NCBI GenBank assembly: GCA_005799065.1
Contig: SYHW01000069.1
Span: 1 to 60,300 of the forward strand
DNA length: 60,300 bases
Direction: 5' to 3'
Source: Bacteroidota bacterium
Lineage (GTDB): Bacteria; Bacteroidota; Bacteroidia; UBA7662
Position 1 is the stretch's first letter, and each line of letters starts with the position of its first letter. Positions 26,576 to 35,083 of this stretch are shown in pieces. The notes beneath the pieces are model-generated. The model worked only from the letters and a program-made list of their open reading frames with translations, had not been told where the DNA came from and did not search any database. A program made the position numbers and the translations under genes.

Positions 26576-27973
26576 GTGGACGCGCATGTTCATCGGTCGC
26601 TTCCTGTTGATTTTTGCCGTCGGCTCGAATCAGAATGGCCGAAAAGGGGGGGGGGCATCATTGATGCACTCAAATTTGGGGAAGCCCCCGTTTCTATTCG
26701 CGTAAACCGCTCGAAATGGGCATCTGATTTTCAAATTCCGAGGGATTGGTTGCCTGAACCCATACCTTGGTGCGATGAAGGATTTTATTTGGGAAAACGC
26801 CCCATTTTTACGCTGGATCCCTTTATGCATGCAGGGGCATATTATGTTCAGGATGCATCGTCCCAAATCCTGGACTGGGTTCTGAAACAAATTGGCCCTT
26901 TTAAACTTGGGCTTGATTTATGTGCAGCACCGGGTGGAAAAAGCCAAATTTTATCTCATCACCTAGCCCCCGGCGGACATTTAATGTGTAACGAAATCAG
27001 CCGGGTTCGTGTATCCATCTTAGAAGAAACCCTGGCCAAATGGGGCAACCCAAGAACGAGCATTTGGAATTGGGATGCCCAAGGTTTTGGTCAATCTAAT
27101 TTTCGTTTCGATATGATTCTCGTGGATGCACCGTGTAGTGGAGAAGGCTTGTTTAGAAAAGATGCGGCGTCTTTGACCCGTTGGTCCGCCGATCATGTAG
27201 AATCCTGTGCCCGCATGCAGCATACAATCATCGATGACATTCTTCCTTGCCTTGCACCCAATGGCGTGGTCATCTACTCGACCTGTACGCTCGCACCCCA
27301 AGAAAATGAGCAGATCTGGCGATACCTGCTCAAACAGGACCTGGAACCTGTTATACTGCATATGCCTGCAGCGTGGGGGTGGACCGATTGCTCTGAATTT
27401 GATGCTGAACTGCCCAAAGGCGCGGCATTTCGATTAATACCCGATCAAGGCCGCGGAGAGGCATTTTTTATGTGCTGTTTTCGTAAGAAACAAACAGCAG
27501 TGATGCCTGAATCAAAACCCTTATCGGAAAGCAACAAGATGAAGCGTCCTACTGAACTCGATTTCATCGATCCAGGCGGATTATTGGCACATAAGGAAGT
27601 GAAACTGATCCAAATAAAAAAACAAAATTGGCTCGTTTCAGAATCCGTTGTACGTGGATACGAACCACACCACTGGAGAAAATGTATTAAACCTGGGGCA
27701 AAAATCGGAGGATTACACCCAACTGACCCTACAATACCGAGCCACGAATCGGCCTTTTTGTCTGAATGCAACTGGAATCAATTCCCAGCCATCGACTTGG
27801 ATGAACGAGAAGCCTTGTGGTACTTATCCGGTCGGGATTTTAGCCCCGGAAAAATGCCTGATGGACATTTTCTTGTTCGTTTTAAAGGACTGGCACTGGG
27901 CTGGTCGAGGCGGCATGGTCGGTCCCTGGCCCGCAGCTATCCAACGGGCTGGAGAATTAAAATGCAGATTTAA
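26576..27973 (+). CDS. NOL1/NOP2/Sun-family rRNA m5C methyltransferase (RsmF/RsmB-like)
   Basis: The motifs are DLCAAPGGKS (SAM binding), ILVDAPCSGEG and YSTCT (catalytic Cys). The start is a GTG, and the N-terminal LPVDFCRRLE...SIRVN fits the RsmF family. Confidence 0.88.
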   Translation: MDAHVHRSLPVDFCRRLESEWPKRGGGIIDALKFGEAPVSIRVNRSKWASDFQIPRDWLPEPIPWCDEGFYLGKRPIFTLDPFMHAGAYYVQDASSQILDWVLKQIGPFKLGLDLCAAPGGKSQILSHHLAPGGHLMCNEISRVRVSILEETLAKWGNPRTSIWNWDAQGFGQSNFRFDMILVDAPCSGEGLFRKDAASLTRWSADHVESCARMQHTIIDDILPCLAPNGVVIYSTCTLAPQENEQIWRYLLKQDLEPVILHMPAAWGWTDCSEFDAELPKGAAFRLIPDQGRGEAFFMCCFRKKQTAVMPESKPLSESNKMKRPTELDFIDPGGLLAHKEVKLIQIKKQNWLVSESVVRGYEPHHWRKCIKPGAKIGGLHPTDPTIPSHESAFLSECNWNQFPAIDLDEREALWYLSGRDFSPGKMPDGHFLVRFKGLALGWSRRHGRSLARSYPTGWRIKMQI

Positions 27974-28004
27974 TGAAAACGCAGGATTAATTGAATATGC
28001 AGCC

Positions 28005-28610
28005 TCAAGAGGCTCGTCCACATCGCTTTAGGATGTCTTGATGAATAGCCAAAATCTGTGGGATCAATAGGCCTTTGCCATCATTTTTGATAACGTAATC
28101 TGCATGCTGGAGCAACTCACGCTGTTTCATTTGATTTTTTAGTCGCTCCATAATGTGTCGGCGCGACCATCCATTACGAGCAACTACACGGTCGATTTTG
28201 ACAGCCAAGGGTGCCGAAACCACCACCAGGGCATCTAATCGCTCATGGCTTCCACTTTCAACCAACAGAGCCGCTTCATGCAGGGTGTAGGCTTCCTCAT
28301 GTCCTTCGTGCCAAATATCCGATATCAAGCGAATCTTTGGATGAACAACCTGACTGAGGGCATATAACTTATCGGGATCCTTAAAAGCTGCTTTGCCAAT
28401 GAAAGCACGATTAGGAAGTCCGTTTGGGTTAAAGGCTTGTTTGCCGAAAATTTTCATCACCGAAGCTCGGGTTTCATTATCGTACTCGAGCAAATCACGC
28501 GCCTCTTCGTCTGCATCGAACACGGGTACCCCTAAAAAACGGAAAACCTTAGCGACCGTAGATTTTCCGCTTCCCATATTTCCAGTAAGCCCAATACGCA
28601 ATCGATTCAA
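28005..28610 (-). CDS. coaE: Dephospho-CoA kinase
   Basis: 201 aa with the P-loop GLTGNMGSGKSTVA. Confidence 0.92.
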   Translation of the reverse strand: MNRLRIGLTGNMGSGKSTVAKVFRFLGVPVFDADEEARDLLEYDNETRASVMKIFGKQAFNPNGLPNRAFIGKAAFKDPDKLYALSQVVHPKIRLISDIWHEGHEEAYTLHEAALLVESGSHERLDALVVVSAPLAVKIDRVVARNGWSRRHIMERLKNQMKQRELLQHADYVIKNDGKGLLIPQILAIHQDILKRCGRAS

Positions 28611-28612
28611 TG

Positions 28613-28981
28613 CTATTTCTTGGTAACGGAAGCTTGCGGATCCAGATAAACCGCCAGCGTGCTGTCGACCGATACTGCAGACCGCTCAATCTTCAATCGG
28701 CCCTGACCTTCAGTCTCAATCACCAAGGTGGAATCCGTAAGTTCTAGTATTTTTCCGTGTACGCCTCCGATGGTGATTACCCATCGTCCTTTGACCAACT
28801 GATCTCTGAATAACTTTTGCTCCTTTTCCTTTTTACGTTGTGGTCGAATCATAAAAAACCAAATCACCACAAAAATGAGTATCCAGGGGAGTAAACCCAT
28901 GATGGGATTCCCGGATGCGGACCCACCTTGTGCTGGAGGCGCCATCAACAATTGGGGCGCTGAAAAAAAGTATGCAGTCAT
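28613..28981 (-). CDS. yajC: Preprotein translocase subunit YajC
   Basis: It has a single TM helix followed by RPQRKKEKEQ...LVKGRWVITIGGVHGKI. Confidence 0.9.
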   Translation of the reverse strand: MTAYFFSAPQLLMAPPAQGGSASGNPIMGLLPWILIFVVIWFFMIRPQRKKEKEQKLFRDQLVKGRWVITIGGVHGKILELTDSTLVIETEGQGRLKIERSAVSVDSTLAVYLDPQASVTKK

Positions 28982-28990
28982 ATTAAAAAA

Positions 28991-29506
28991 TTATCGGTCT
29001 TTTACCATTGCCTTAATTCTCAGGGTAGTGATATTGGGGATGCAATTGGTCACTACGGTCACGCTTTTGTCTTGAAGTCCACTCTTACCCTCTGAATTGT
29101 ATTCCACCCGAATTTCATCCTCCTTACCGGGTGCAATTGGGGTTTTGGGGAAAACAGGCACTGTGCATCCACAAGAACCACTCGCCGTTTGTATGATGAG
29201 ATCTTTTTGGCCAGTATTCTTGAATTTGAAGGTCGTGGCCACCACATCTCCTTCGCGAATGGTCCCGAAGTCATGAATGGTCCGCTCAAATTGTATTGCG
29301 GGTAGTTCAGCCTGCACCTTCTCGAGTTGAGCATCGGCTGAAAGGGGATTATTTAAGGCTTCATTGCTCACATCAGAGCCCCCAGAGCCGCAGGAATGGA
29401 GAAACGCGATCCCAAAAACGCCTACAACAAAGATAAGAACGCGCAGAAGATGGGATAAGTTGGTCATGTAGCTTCCAAGTGCTTTTGATTCGAAAAGAAA
29501 ACGCAA
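28991..29506 (-). CDS. DUF1573-domain lipoprotein
   Basis: FGTIREGDVV..FKFKNTGQKDLII...SCGCT is characteristic of DUF1573, and the lipobox is LHSCG. The alternative start MTNLSHLL at 29467 is at least as likely. Confidence 0.8.
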   Translation of the reverse strand: MRFLFESKALGSYMTNLSHLLRVLIFVVGVFGIAFLHSCGSGGSDVSNEALNNPLSADAQLEKVQAELPAIQFERTIHDFGTIREGDVVATTFKFKNTGQKDLIIQTASGSCGCTVPVFPKTPIAPGKEDEIRVEYNSEGKSGLQDKSVTVVTNCIPNITTLRIKAMVKDR

Positions 29507-29523
29507 ATATCTACAATGCAGGC

Positions 29524-30498
29524 TTAAGAATTACGGGAATTGGCGGAACTGTGTGTAATCAAACCACGACCGGATTTAACAATGATACCCTCTGCTTGTA
29601 GATTTTTACTCAGGGCATCGAGTACGCCGTTCACGAAAACACTGCTTTTCGGCGTGCTGTGCGATTTGGCCAATTCAAGGTATTCATTGAGGGTCACTTT
29701 AACAGGAATCTGTTGTTCCATGACCATTTCAGCCAAGGCCATGCGCAAAATCAGCAGGTCAATAAAAGCTACACGTTCTAGATCCCATCCTTTGAGGTAG
29801 GGCTTAATCCGTGCATCAGTCAAATCCGCCCTGTCGCAAACTTCCTGGACAATATTGGTGCAAAATGTGAGGTCCGAAGGCCAATCACGCGACATTTCCA
29901 CCAGACGCAATCCACTCGCCCTGATGCCTTCTTTGAGGGTTTTGATCACAGCAGCGGCAATCCATTCTTTATCTGTTTCCCAGTGAATGCTGATCTCCTC
30001 AAAATAGGCATCAATCATTTCATTAGGCAATATAATTTCCTTGTAGATGGTTTGCAATAAGTTATAATCTTCGAGTGGATATTGTTCGGGCAGATTAATA
30101 TAGTTCTGGTAGGCCTCCAATGCCACAACTTCCTTAAAAAGCATGGTCATTTGGTCGGTGTCAGGCATCTGAAAATCACTCAATCGAAAGGAAATTTCTG
30201 ACTGTCGGTAGCTATCGAGTTTTTCTAACGCCATCGGGTAGGGATGAGCGGCGAACCGGCGATTTTCATGAATTTTACGCACGGCCATCATCATTTTAGC
30301 TTCTCGTTGATCGGCCCACTGATCGGTGAACCGAACAATTGTTGCCAAGAGTCGAAGCGATAAAAGGTATCCAATCTTCATCAATTGCACCGAACGATCA
30401 ACATCGACCATCACTTTTTTGGCGACTGGATGGGCATCGGAATGATGGGCGTAGAGGGTTTCTAGGATTTTTACGCGCAGATGTCGTCGGTTTAACAT
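29524..30498 (-). CDS. nusB: Transcription antitermination factor NusB (long Bacteroidota form)
   Basis: The C-terminal NusB fold reads ERVAFIDLLILRMALAEM...LNEYLELAKSHSTPKSSVFVNGVLD. It sits in the conserved nusB-DUF1573-yajC-coaE context. Confidence 0.85.
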   Translation of the reverse strand: MLNRRHLRVKILETLYAHHSDAHPVAKKVMVDVDRSVQLMKIGYLLSLRLLATIVRFTDQWADQREAKMMMAVRKIHENRRFAAHPYPMALEKLDSYRQSEISFRLSDFQMPDTDQMTMLFKEVVALEAYQNYINLPEQYPLEDYNLLQTIYKEIILPNEMIDAYFEEISIHWETDKEWIAAAVIKTLKEGIRASGLRLVEMSRDWPSDLTFCTNIVQEVCDRADLTDARIKPYLKGWDLERVAFIDLLILRMALAEMVMEQQIPVKVTLNEYLELAKSHSTPKSSVFVNGVLDALSKNLQAEGIIVKSGRGLITHSSANSRNS

Positions 30499-30515
30499 AT
30501 ATGGAGATTGTTGAA

Positions 30516-31610
30516 TCAGGCGGTGGCCAAAACGGCCCGAGAATCGATACGGGTTCGGGCGGTGCGCACAGCCGCTTCGTGTGTGGTAACACCCAACTGC
30601 TCTGCCATCTCTAAGATTTTCAAAGTTTGGTCATACAGCGCCGTGGTGCGTTCCATGGCTTCATCGCGCGTGTAGCCCTTAATTTCCGAGTAGACATTGA
30701 TGAGTCCACCCGCATTGATGACGAAATCTGGTGCATAAATAATGCCTCGATCGGCCAACATTTTGGCATGCAAGGATACATCGGCCAACTGGTTGTTGGC
30801 TCCTCCGGCCACAATACGGCACCGAAGCGTTGGAATCGTTTGGTCGTTGAGGGTGGCCCCCAAAGCACAAGGTGCGTAAATATCGGCCTCTTGATTGTAT
30901 ACAGAATCCGAGGAAATAACCTGAACTTGCGGATGTTCGGCGCGAATGCGTTCAATTTGATCATCAAAAACATCACATACCCTAACCTGGGCACCCTCAG
31001 ACAAGAGATGACCGCTTAAATAGCGTCCAACATTTCCTGCTCCCTGCACCACTACCGTTCGACCCCCTAAATCTGGCGTACCCCATGCTTTCATGGCCGC
31101 AGCTTTCATACCTCTGTAAACGCCGTAGGCGGTAACGGGGGAGGGGTCACCACTGCCGCCATATTGTTCGGGGCGCCCTGTCACGTGGCGTGTTCGTTCG
31201 CCAATGAAACCCATATCGGCTTTTGAGGTACCCACATCCTCAGCTGTAATGTAATTTCCGTTTAATCGCTCAACAAACTCACCGTATTTGCGCATAAGAT
31301 CGGGTGTTTTATCGCGGCGAGAATCACCGATGATGACTGCCTTTCCGCCGCCTAAATCAAGCCCAGCTACAGCGGCTTTATAGGTCATGCCCTCTGATAG
31401 CCGCAAAACATCATGGAGCGCTTCAGCTTCATTGGTGTACATCCACATTCGGGTACCTCCTAAAGCCGGCCCAAGCACAGTGCTGTGAATGGCTATTAAA
31501 GCCCTAAGACCTGTTTTCGAATCAAAGCAATGTACCAGCTGCTCGTGATTCATCTGTTCCATCAGTCTCAATACCTGCGCGCCGTTTTCGCTGGGGTTGT
31601 AGTTCGACAT
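30516..31610 (-). CDS. Leucine (Glu/Leu/Phe/Val family) dehydrogenase
   Basis: The catalytic Lys motif is in GLDLGGGKAVIIGD, and the Rossmann loop is VVVQGAGNVG. Confidence 0.9.
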   Translation of the reverse strand: MSNYNPSENGAQVLRLMEQMNHEQLVHCFDSKTGLRALIAIHSTVLGPALGGTRMWMYTNEAEALHDVLRLSEGMTYKAAVAGLDLGGGKAVIIGDSRRDKTPDLMRKYGEFVERLNGNYITAEDVGTSKADMGFIGERTRHVTGRPEQYGGSGDPSPVTAYGVYRGMKAAAMKAWGTPDLGGRTVVVQGAGNVGRYLSGHLLSEGAQVRVCDVFDDQIERIRAEHPQVQVISSDSVYNQEADIYAPCALGATLNDQTIPTLRCRIVAGGANNQLADVSLHAKMLADRGIIYAPDFVINAGGLINVYSEIKGYTRDEAMERTTALYDQTLKILEMAEQLGVTTHEAAVRTARTRIDSRAVLATA

Positions 31611-31630
31611 AATACAAATTTAACGAGGCG

Positions 31631-31638
31631 CAAAAATA
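31631..31638 (-). promoter_or_regulatory. Putative -7 box TATTTTTG for the leucine dehydrogenase-nusB-yajC-coaE operon
   Basis: The plus strand reads CAAAAATA, 21 nt upstream of the start at 31610. A second CAAATTTA lies at 31615-31622. Confidence 0.45.
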
Positions 31639-31681
31639 GCCTATTCCACCTACGCTTTGTCCGACCACCCCAATAAATGGG

Positions 31682-31689
31682 TATTTTTG
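31682..31689 (+). promoter_or_regulatory. Putative -7 box TATTTTTG for the ABC exporter gene
   Basis: The context is GGTATTTTTGCGG, ending 4 nt before the GTG start at 31694. This implies a very short leader or a leaderless mRNA. Confidence 0.4.
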
Positions 31690-31693
31690 CGGG

Positions 31694-33490
31694 GTGAATG
31701 CACTCAGAGCTGTGAACCCCCATTTGTGGCGCTACAAATGGCATTTATTTGGTGGGATCGTATTTGTGGTACTGTCGAACTATTTTGGGGTTTGGCCTCC
31801 ACGTCTCATCGGCGCGTCGATAGATTTGATTGCTACAAAAATAGAACTACTAAACGACCCTGATTCTCGTCGAGAAACGTCTCATGAATGGCAGAGTTTT
31901 CGAAGCGAATTGCTCTATTTCGCCTTTTTGGTGATCGGGCTATCGATATTGAAAGGCGTGTTTATGTTTTTCATGCGGCAAACCATCATTGTGATGTCGC
32001 GGCGCATCGAATTCGACCAAAAAAATGAGCTATACGCCCATTTTCAGAAATTATCGCGCGGATTCTATCAGCGCAACCGAACCGGCGACTTGATGGCACG
32101 AATCAGTGAAGACGTGGGAAAGGTGCGCATGTATACAGGACCAGGCATCATGTATATGATAAACATGATTTCGCTGGTGGTTGTGGTGGTCGGCGCCATG
32201 CTCCGGGTGAACGCTGAACTCACTTTATACGTGCTCATTCCGCTCCCCGTGTTGGCCTGGGCTATTTTTCGCATCAACAAAGAAATACTTCAACGCAGCT
32301 CTTCGATTCAGCAGCAATTAGGCATCTTGAATAGTGCGGCTCAGGAGATGTTTTCAGGCATTCGACTCATCAGAGCCTGTGGATTAGAGCCACTATTTCG
32401 AAAACAGTTCGACAGTGATCTCGACGAATTTCGACGCCGATCCTTGCGCATGAGTAGGGCAGATGCCTTGTTTTTTCCGTTAATTTTACTTCTGATTGGG
32501 CTGAGTACGATCCTCACAGTATATGTTGGCGGTCTTCAAGTGGAAAAGGGGTTGATCAGTGCTGGTAACATTGCCGAGTTTGTGATTTATGTGAATATGC
32601 TCACCTGGCCGGTGACCTCCTTAGGCTGGGTCGCATCTATGGTTCAACAAGCCGAAGCTTCACAAATCAGAATCAACCAAATCCTCCTGGAGCAACCAGA
32701 AATTGACCCCGAATCTGGATTGATGGTTGATATTGAAGGCGGATTTCGCCTCGAAAATGCATCCTATTCATATCCGGGAACAGAACACCCTGCTGTTCAA
32801 CCCATAAACCTGATCTTGAAGTCTGGTGAAACCTTAGGCATAGTGGGGCGCACGGGCGCAGGCAAAAGCACATTGGTGGAACTACTGCTTCGATTGGTGG
32901 ATCCAAGTGCCGGAGTGGTCATGGTCGATGACATTGATCTCAGAAATATACACCCCGGCCATTACAGGAGTCAATTGGGTTACGTTCCACAGGATGTTTT
33001 TCTATTCAGTGATACACTGCGCAACAACTTATTGATGGGCAATCCCAACGCAACTTCCGAAGAATTGGACCAGGTTCTTGGCGATGTTCGGTTAGATAGT
33101 TGGGTGAATCGATTACCCGATGGTCTCGATACCCTCCTGGGCGAACGGGGAGTCAATGTTTCAGGCGGTCAAAAACAACGGATTGCCATTGCTAGGGCTC
33201 TGTTGAAGCGAACTGCTGTTTTCGTTCTCGACGATTGCCTGAGTGCATTGGATGCAGATACCGAACGACATATTTTAGGGTCAATTCGCAAGGCTACGCG
33301 AAGGTGCACCACGATTTTGGTGAGTCACCGAATATCGACGGTTGCGCATGCCGATCACATCATGGTGCTGGAAGAGGGCAAGGTTATTCAATATGGTAAA
33401 CATACTGCTTTGAGCCAAGTTGAAGGCCTGTATAAAAGCCTTTGCGAACGGCAACAAAACGATCCCGTTTCAATAGAAACATCTGAATAA
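31694..33490 (+). CDS. ABC transporter, fused permease/ATP-binding exporter (MsbA/MdlB-like)
   Basis: 598 aa. A six-TM N-terminal half is followed by Walker A GRTGAGKST, the signature VSGGQKQRIAIARAL and Walker B VFVLDD. Confidence 0.92.
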   Translation: MNALRAVNPHLWRYKWHLFGGIVFVVLSNYFGVWPPRLIGASIDLIATKIELLNDPDSRRETSHEWQSFRSELLYFAFLVIGLSILKGVFMFFMRQTIIVMSRRIEFDQKNELYAHFQKLSRGFYQRNRTGDLMARISEDVGKVRMYTGPGIMYMINMISLVVVVVGAMLRVNAELTLYVLIPLPVLAWAIFRINKEILQRSSSIQQQLGILNSAAQEMFSGIRLIRACGLEPLFRKQFDSDLDEFRRRSLRMSRADALFFPLILLLIGLSTILTVYVGGLQVEKGLISAGNIAEFVIYVNMLTWPVTSLGWVASMVQQAEASQIRINQILLEQPEIDPESGLMVDIEGGFRLENASYSYPGTEHPAVQPINLILKSGETLGIVGRTGAGKSTLVELLLRLVDPSAGVVMVDDIDLRNIHPGHYRSQLGYVPQDVFLFSDTLRNNLLMGNPNATSEELDQVLGDVRLDSWVNRLPDGLDTLLGERGVNVSGGQKQRIAIARALLKRTAVFVLDDCLSALDADTERHILGSIRKATRRCTTILVSHRISTVAHADHIMVLEEGKVIQYGKHTALSQVEGLYKSLCERQQNDPVSIETSE

Positions 33491-33522
33491 AACTTGGGTA
33501 AAAAAAATCCCAAGTTTTTTTT
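33491..33522 (+). terminator. Rho-independent terminator after the ABC exporter gene
   Basis: An 8-bp stem (AACTTGGG 33491-33498 paired with CCCAAGTT 33509-33516) is followed by a T8 run to 33522. Confidence 0.6.
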
Positions 33523-33553
33523 CATAAGTATGTGATTTTAGTCGGACAGCCTT

Positions 33554-33561
33554 TAGATTTG
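33554..33561 (+). promoter_or_regulatory. Putative -7 box TAGATTTG for the DUF3276 / MazG-like / msrA unit
   Basis: A perfect TAnnTTTG lies 18 nt upstream of ATG 33580. Confidence 0.4.
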
Positions 33562-33579
33562 AGCCTTTAAATATAAAAC

Positions 33580-33897
33580 ATGAGTGATTTTGAATACGGA
33601 GGTGATCGTCAGCGCGACGAAGTCTACTCCAAGAGGGTGAGGGCGGGCAAACGCACCTATTTTTTTGATGTAAAAGCTACCCGTGGAAACGACTACTATC
33701 TCATTATAACCGAGAGTAAGCGGGCTTTTGAGGAAGGTCAGTATGTGAAACACAAAATCTTCCTGTACAAAGAGGATTTTAACAAATTCGTCAATGGTCT
33801 CAACGATGCGGTTGGGCATGTCAAGAGTGAGTTGATGCCTGATTATGATTTTGATCAGTTCGACCGCGACGAGGAAACTCGTTCATACGACGGATGA
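33580..33897 (+). CDS. PUR-alpha-like nucleic-acid-binding protein (DUF3276)
   Basis: 105 aa. The core YSKRVRAGKRTYFFDVKATRGNDYYLIITESKR is the PUR-repeat-like core of the Bacteroidota DUF3276 family. This assignment is from recalled family resemblance. Confidence 0.75.
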   Translation: MSDFEYGGDRQRDEVYSKRVRAGKRTYFFDVKATRGNDYYLIITESKRAFEEGQYVKHKIFLYKEDFNKFVNGLNDAVGHVKSELMPDYDFDQFDRDEETRSYDG

Positions 33898-34394
33898 GTA
33901 TCGAGCATGAAAAGTCCTTTGGAGTGCTCGATTGCCTGAATCAGGTCGCCGCATTCCACAGAACGTTTCGTCACCCCATCTTGGATGAGCCCGCTGTTCC
34001 CCCTACGGATCGGGCAAATTTGCGCATCCGACTCATTCAAGAGGAACTAGAAGAACTCAAAGAAGCGGTTGAACGTGGCGATATTGTTGAGGCCGCTGAT
34101 GCCTTATGTGACCTGCAGTATGTGTTGAGTGGTGCTGTTCTCGAATTCGGGCTGGCCAATCGTTTTCCCGATTTATTTGCTGAGGTTCAACGCTCCAACA
34201 TGAGCAAGGCCTGTGCCAACCCCAACGAAGCCGGTGATACGATTAGATGGTATGCCGAACACAAAGGAGAGGAGGCCTACATGGAGGAACATGGGGGTAT
34301 GTTTTTGGTTTACCGCAAACAAGATCATAAGACCCTTAAATCGGTTCGGTATTCACCTGCTCAACTCGAGCCCTTGGTGCGAAATAAAAAGTAA
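33894..34394 (+). CDS. MazG-like all-alpha nucleoside triphosphate pyrophosphohydrolase family protein
   Basis: The EExxE..D metal motif lies in IQEELEELKEAVERGDIVEAADALCDLQYV. An ATGA overlap links it to the DUF3276 gene. Confidence 0.7.
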   Translation: MSIEHEKSFGVLDCLNQVAAFHRTFRHPILDEPAVPPTDRANLRIRLIQEELEELKEAVERGDIVEAADALCDLQYVLSGAVLEFGLANRFPDLFAEVQRSNMSKACANPNEAGDTIRWYAEHKGEEAYMEEHGGMFLVYRKQDHKTLKSVRYSPAQLEPLVRNKK

Positions 34395-34402
34395 CCCATT
34401 GA

Positions 34403-35083
34403 ATGAAAATCATTCGGCTTTTTAGTGTTCTGTTTGCTTCTATTCTTCTCTTGTCTTGTTGGGAACTTCAATCACCATTTTATCAAACCATGTCGACACC
34501 CAAGCAACCTGATCCGGAATCTGCCCCTTTCATGAACCCCGATTCGACCCAAAAACATGATACAGCCACCTTTGGTGCAGGTTGCTTCTGGTGTGTAGAG
34601 GCCATTTTTCAACAAATTAAGGGCGTAGATACGGCGATATCAGGCTATATGGGTGGACGTATTGCCCAGCCAACCTACAAGGAGGTATGTTCCGGGCTCA
34701 CCGGACACGTTGAAGTCGTACAAATCGTCTTTGATCCATCTATTGTTTCTTTTGAACAACTACTGGAGGTATTTTGGAAAACGCATGATCCCACAAGCCC
34801 GAATCGCCAAGGGGCCGATGAAGGCACCCAATATCGCTCCGTAGTTTTCTACCATTCCAATGAGCAAAAAGAAACTGCGGAAAAAATAAAAGCAGCCTTG
34901 AATGCATCAAAAATATATGATGCTCAGGTCATTACAGGGGTGGAGGCGGCTTCTGTTTTCTATCAGGCTGAGGATTATCATCAGAATTACTTTCGTGAAA
35001 ACGGGGAACAGCCGTATTGTCGGGCCGTTGTTCAACCCAAAGTGGAAAAATTCGAGAAGTTGTTCAAGGGGTTGATCCGCTGA
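34403..35083 (+). CDS. msrA: Peptide-methionine (S)-S-oxide reductase, with an N-terminal signal/lipoprotein-like segment
   Basis: The catalytic motif GAGCFWCVEAIF is present, together with GHVEVVQIVFDP and YHQNYF. Confidence 0.95.
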   Translation: MKIIRLFSVLFASILLLSCWELQSPFYQTMSTPKQPDPESAPFMNPDSTQKHDTATFGAGCFWCVEAIFQQIKGVDTAISGYMGGRIAQPTYKEVCSGLTGHVEVVQIVFDPSIVSFEQLLEVFWKTHDPTSPNRQGADEGTQYRSVVFYHSNEQKETAEKIKAALNASKIYDAQVITGVEAASVFYQAEDYHQNYFRENGEQPYCRAVVQPKVEKFEKLFKGLIR

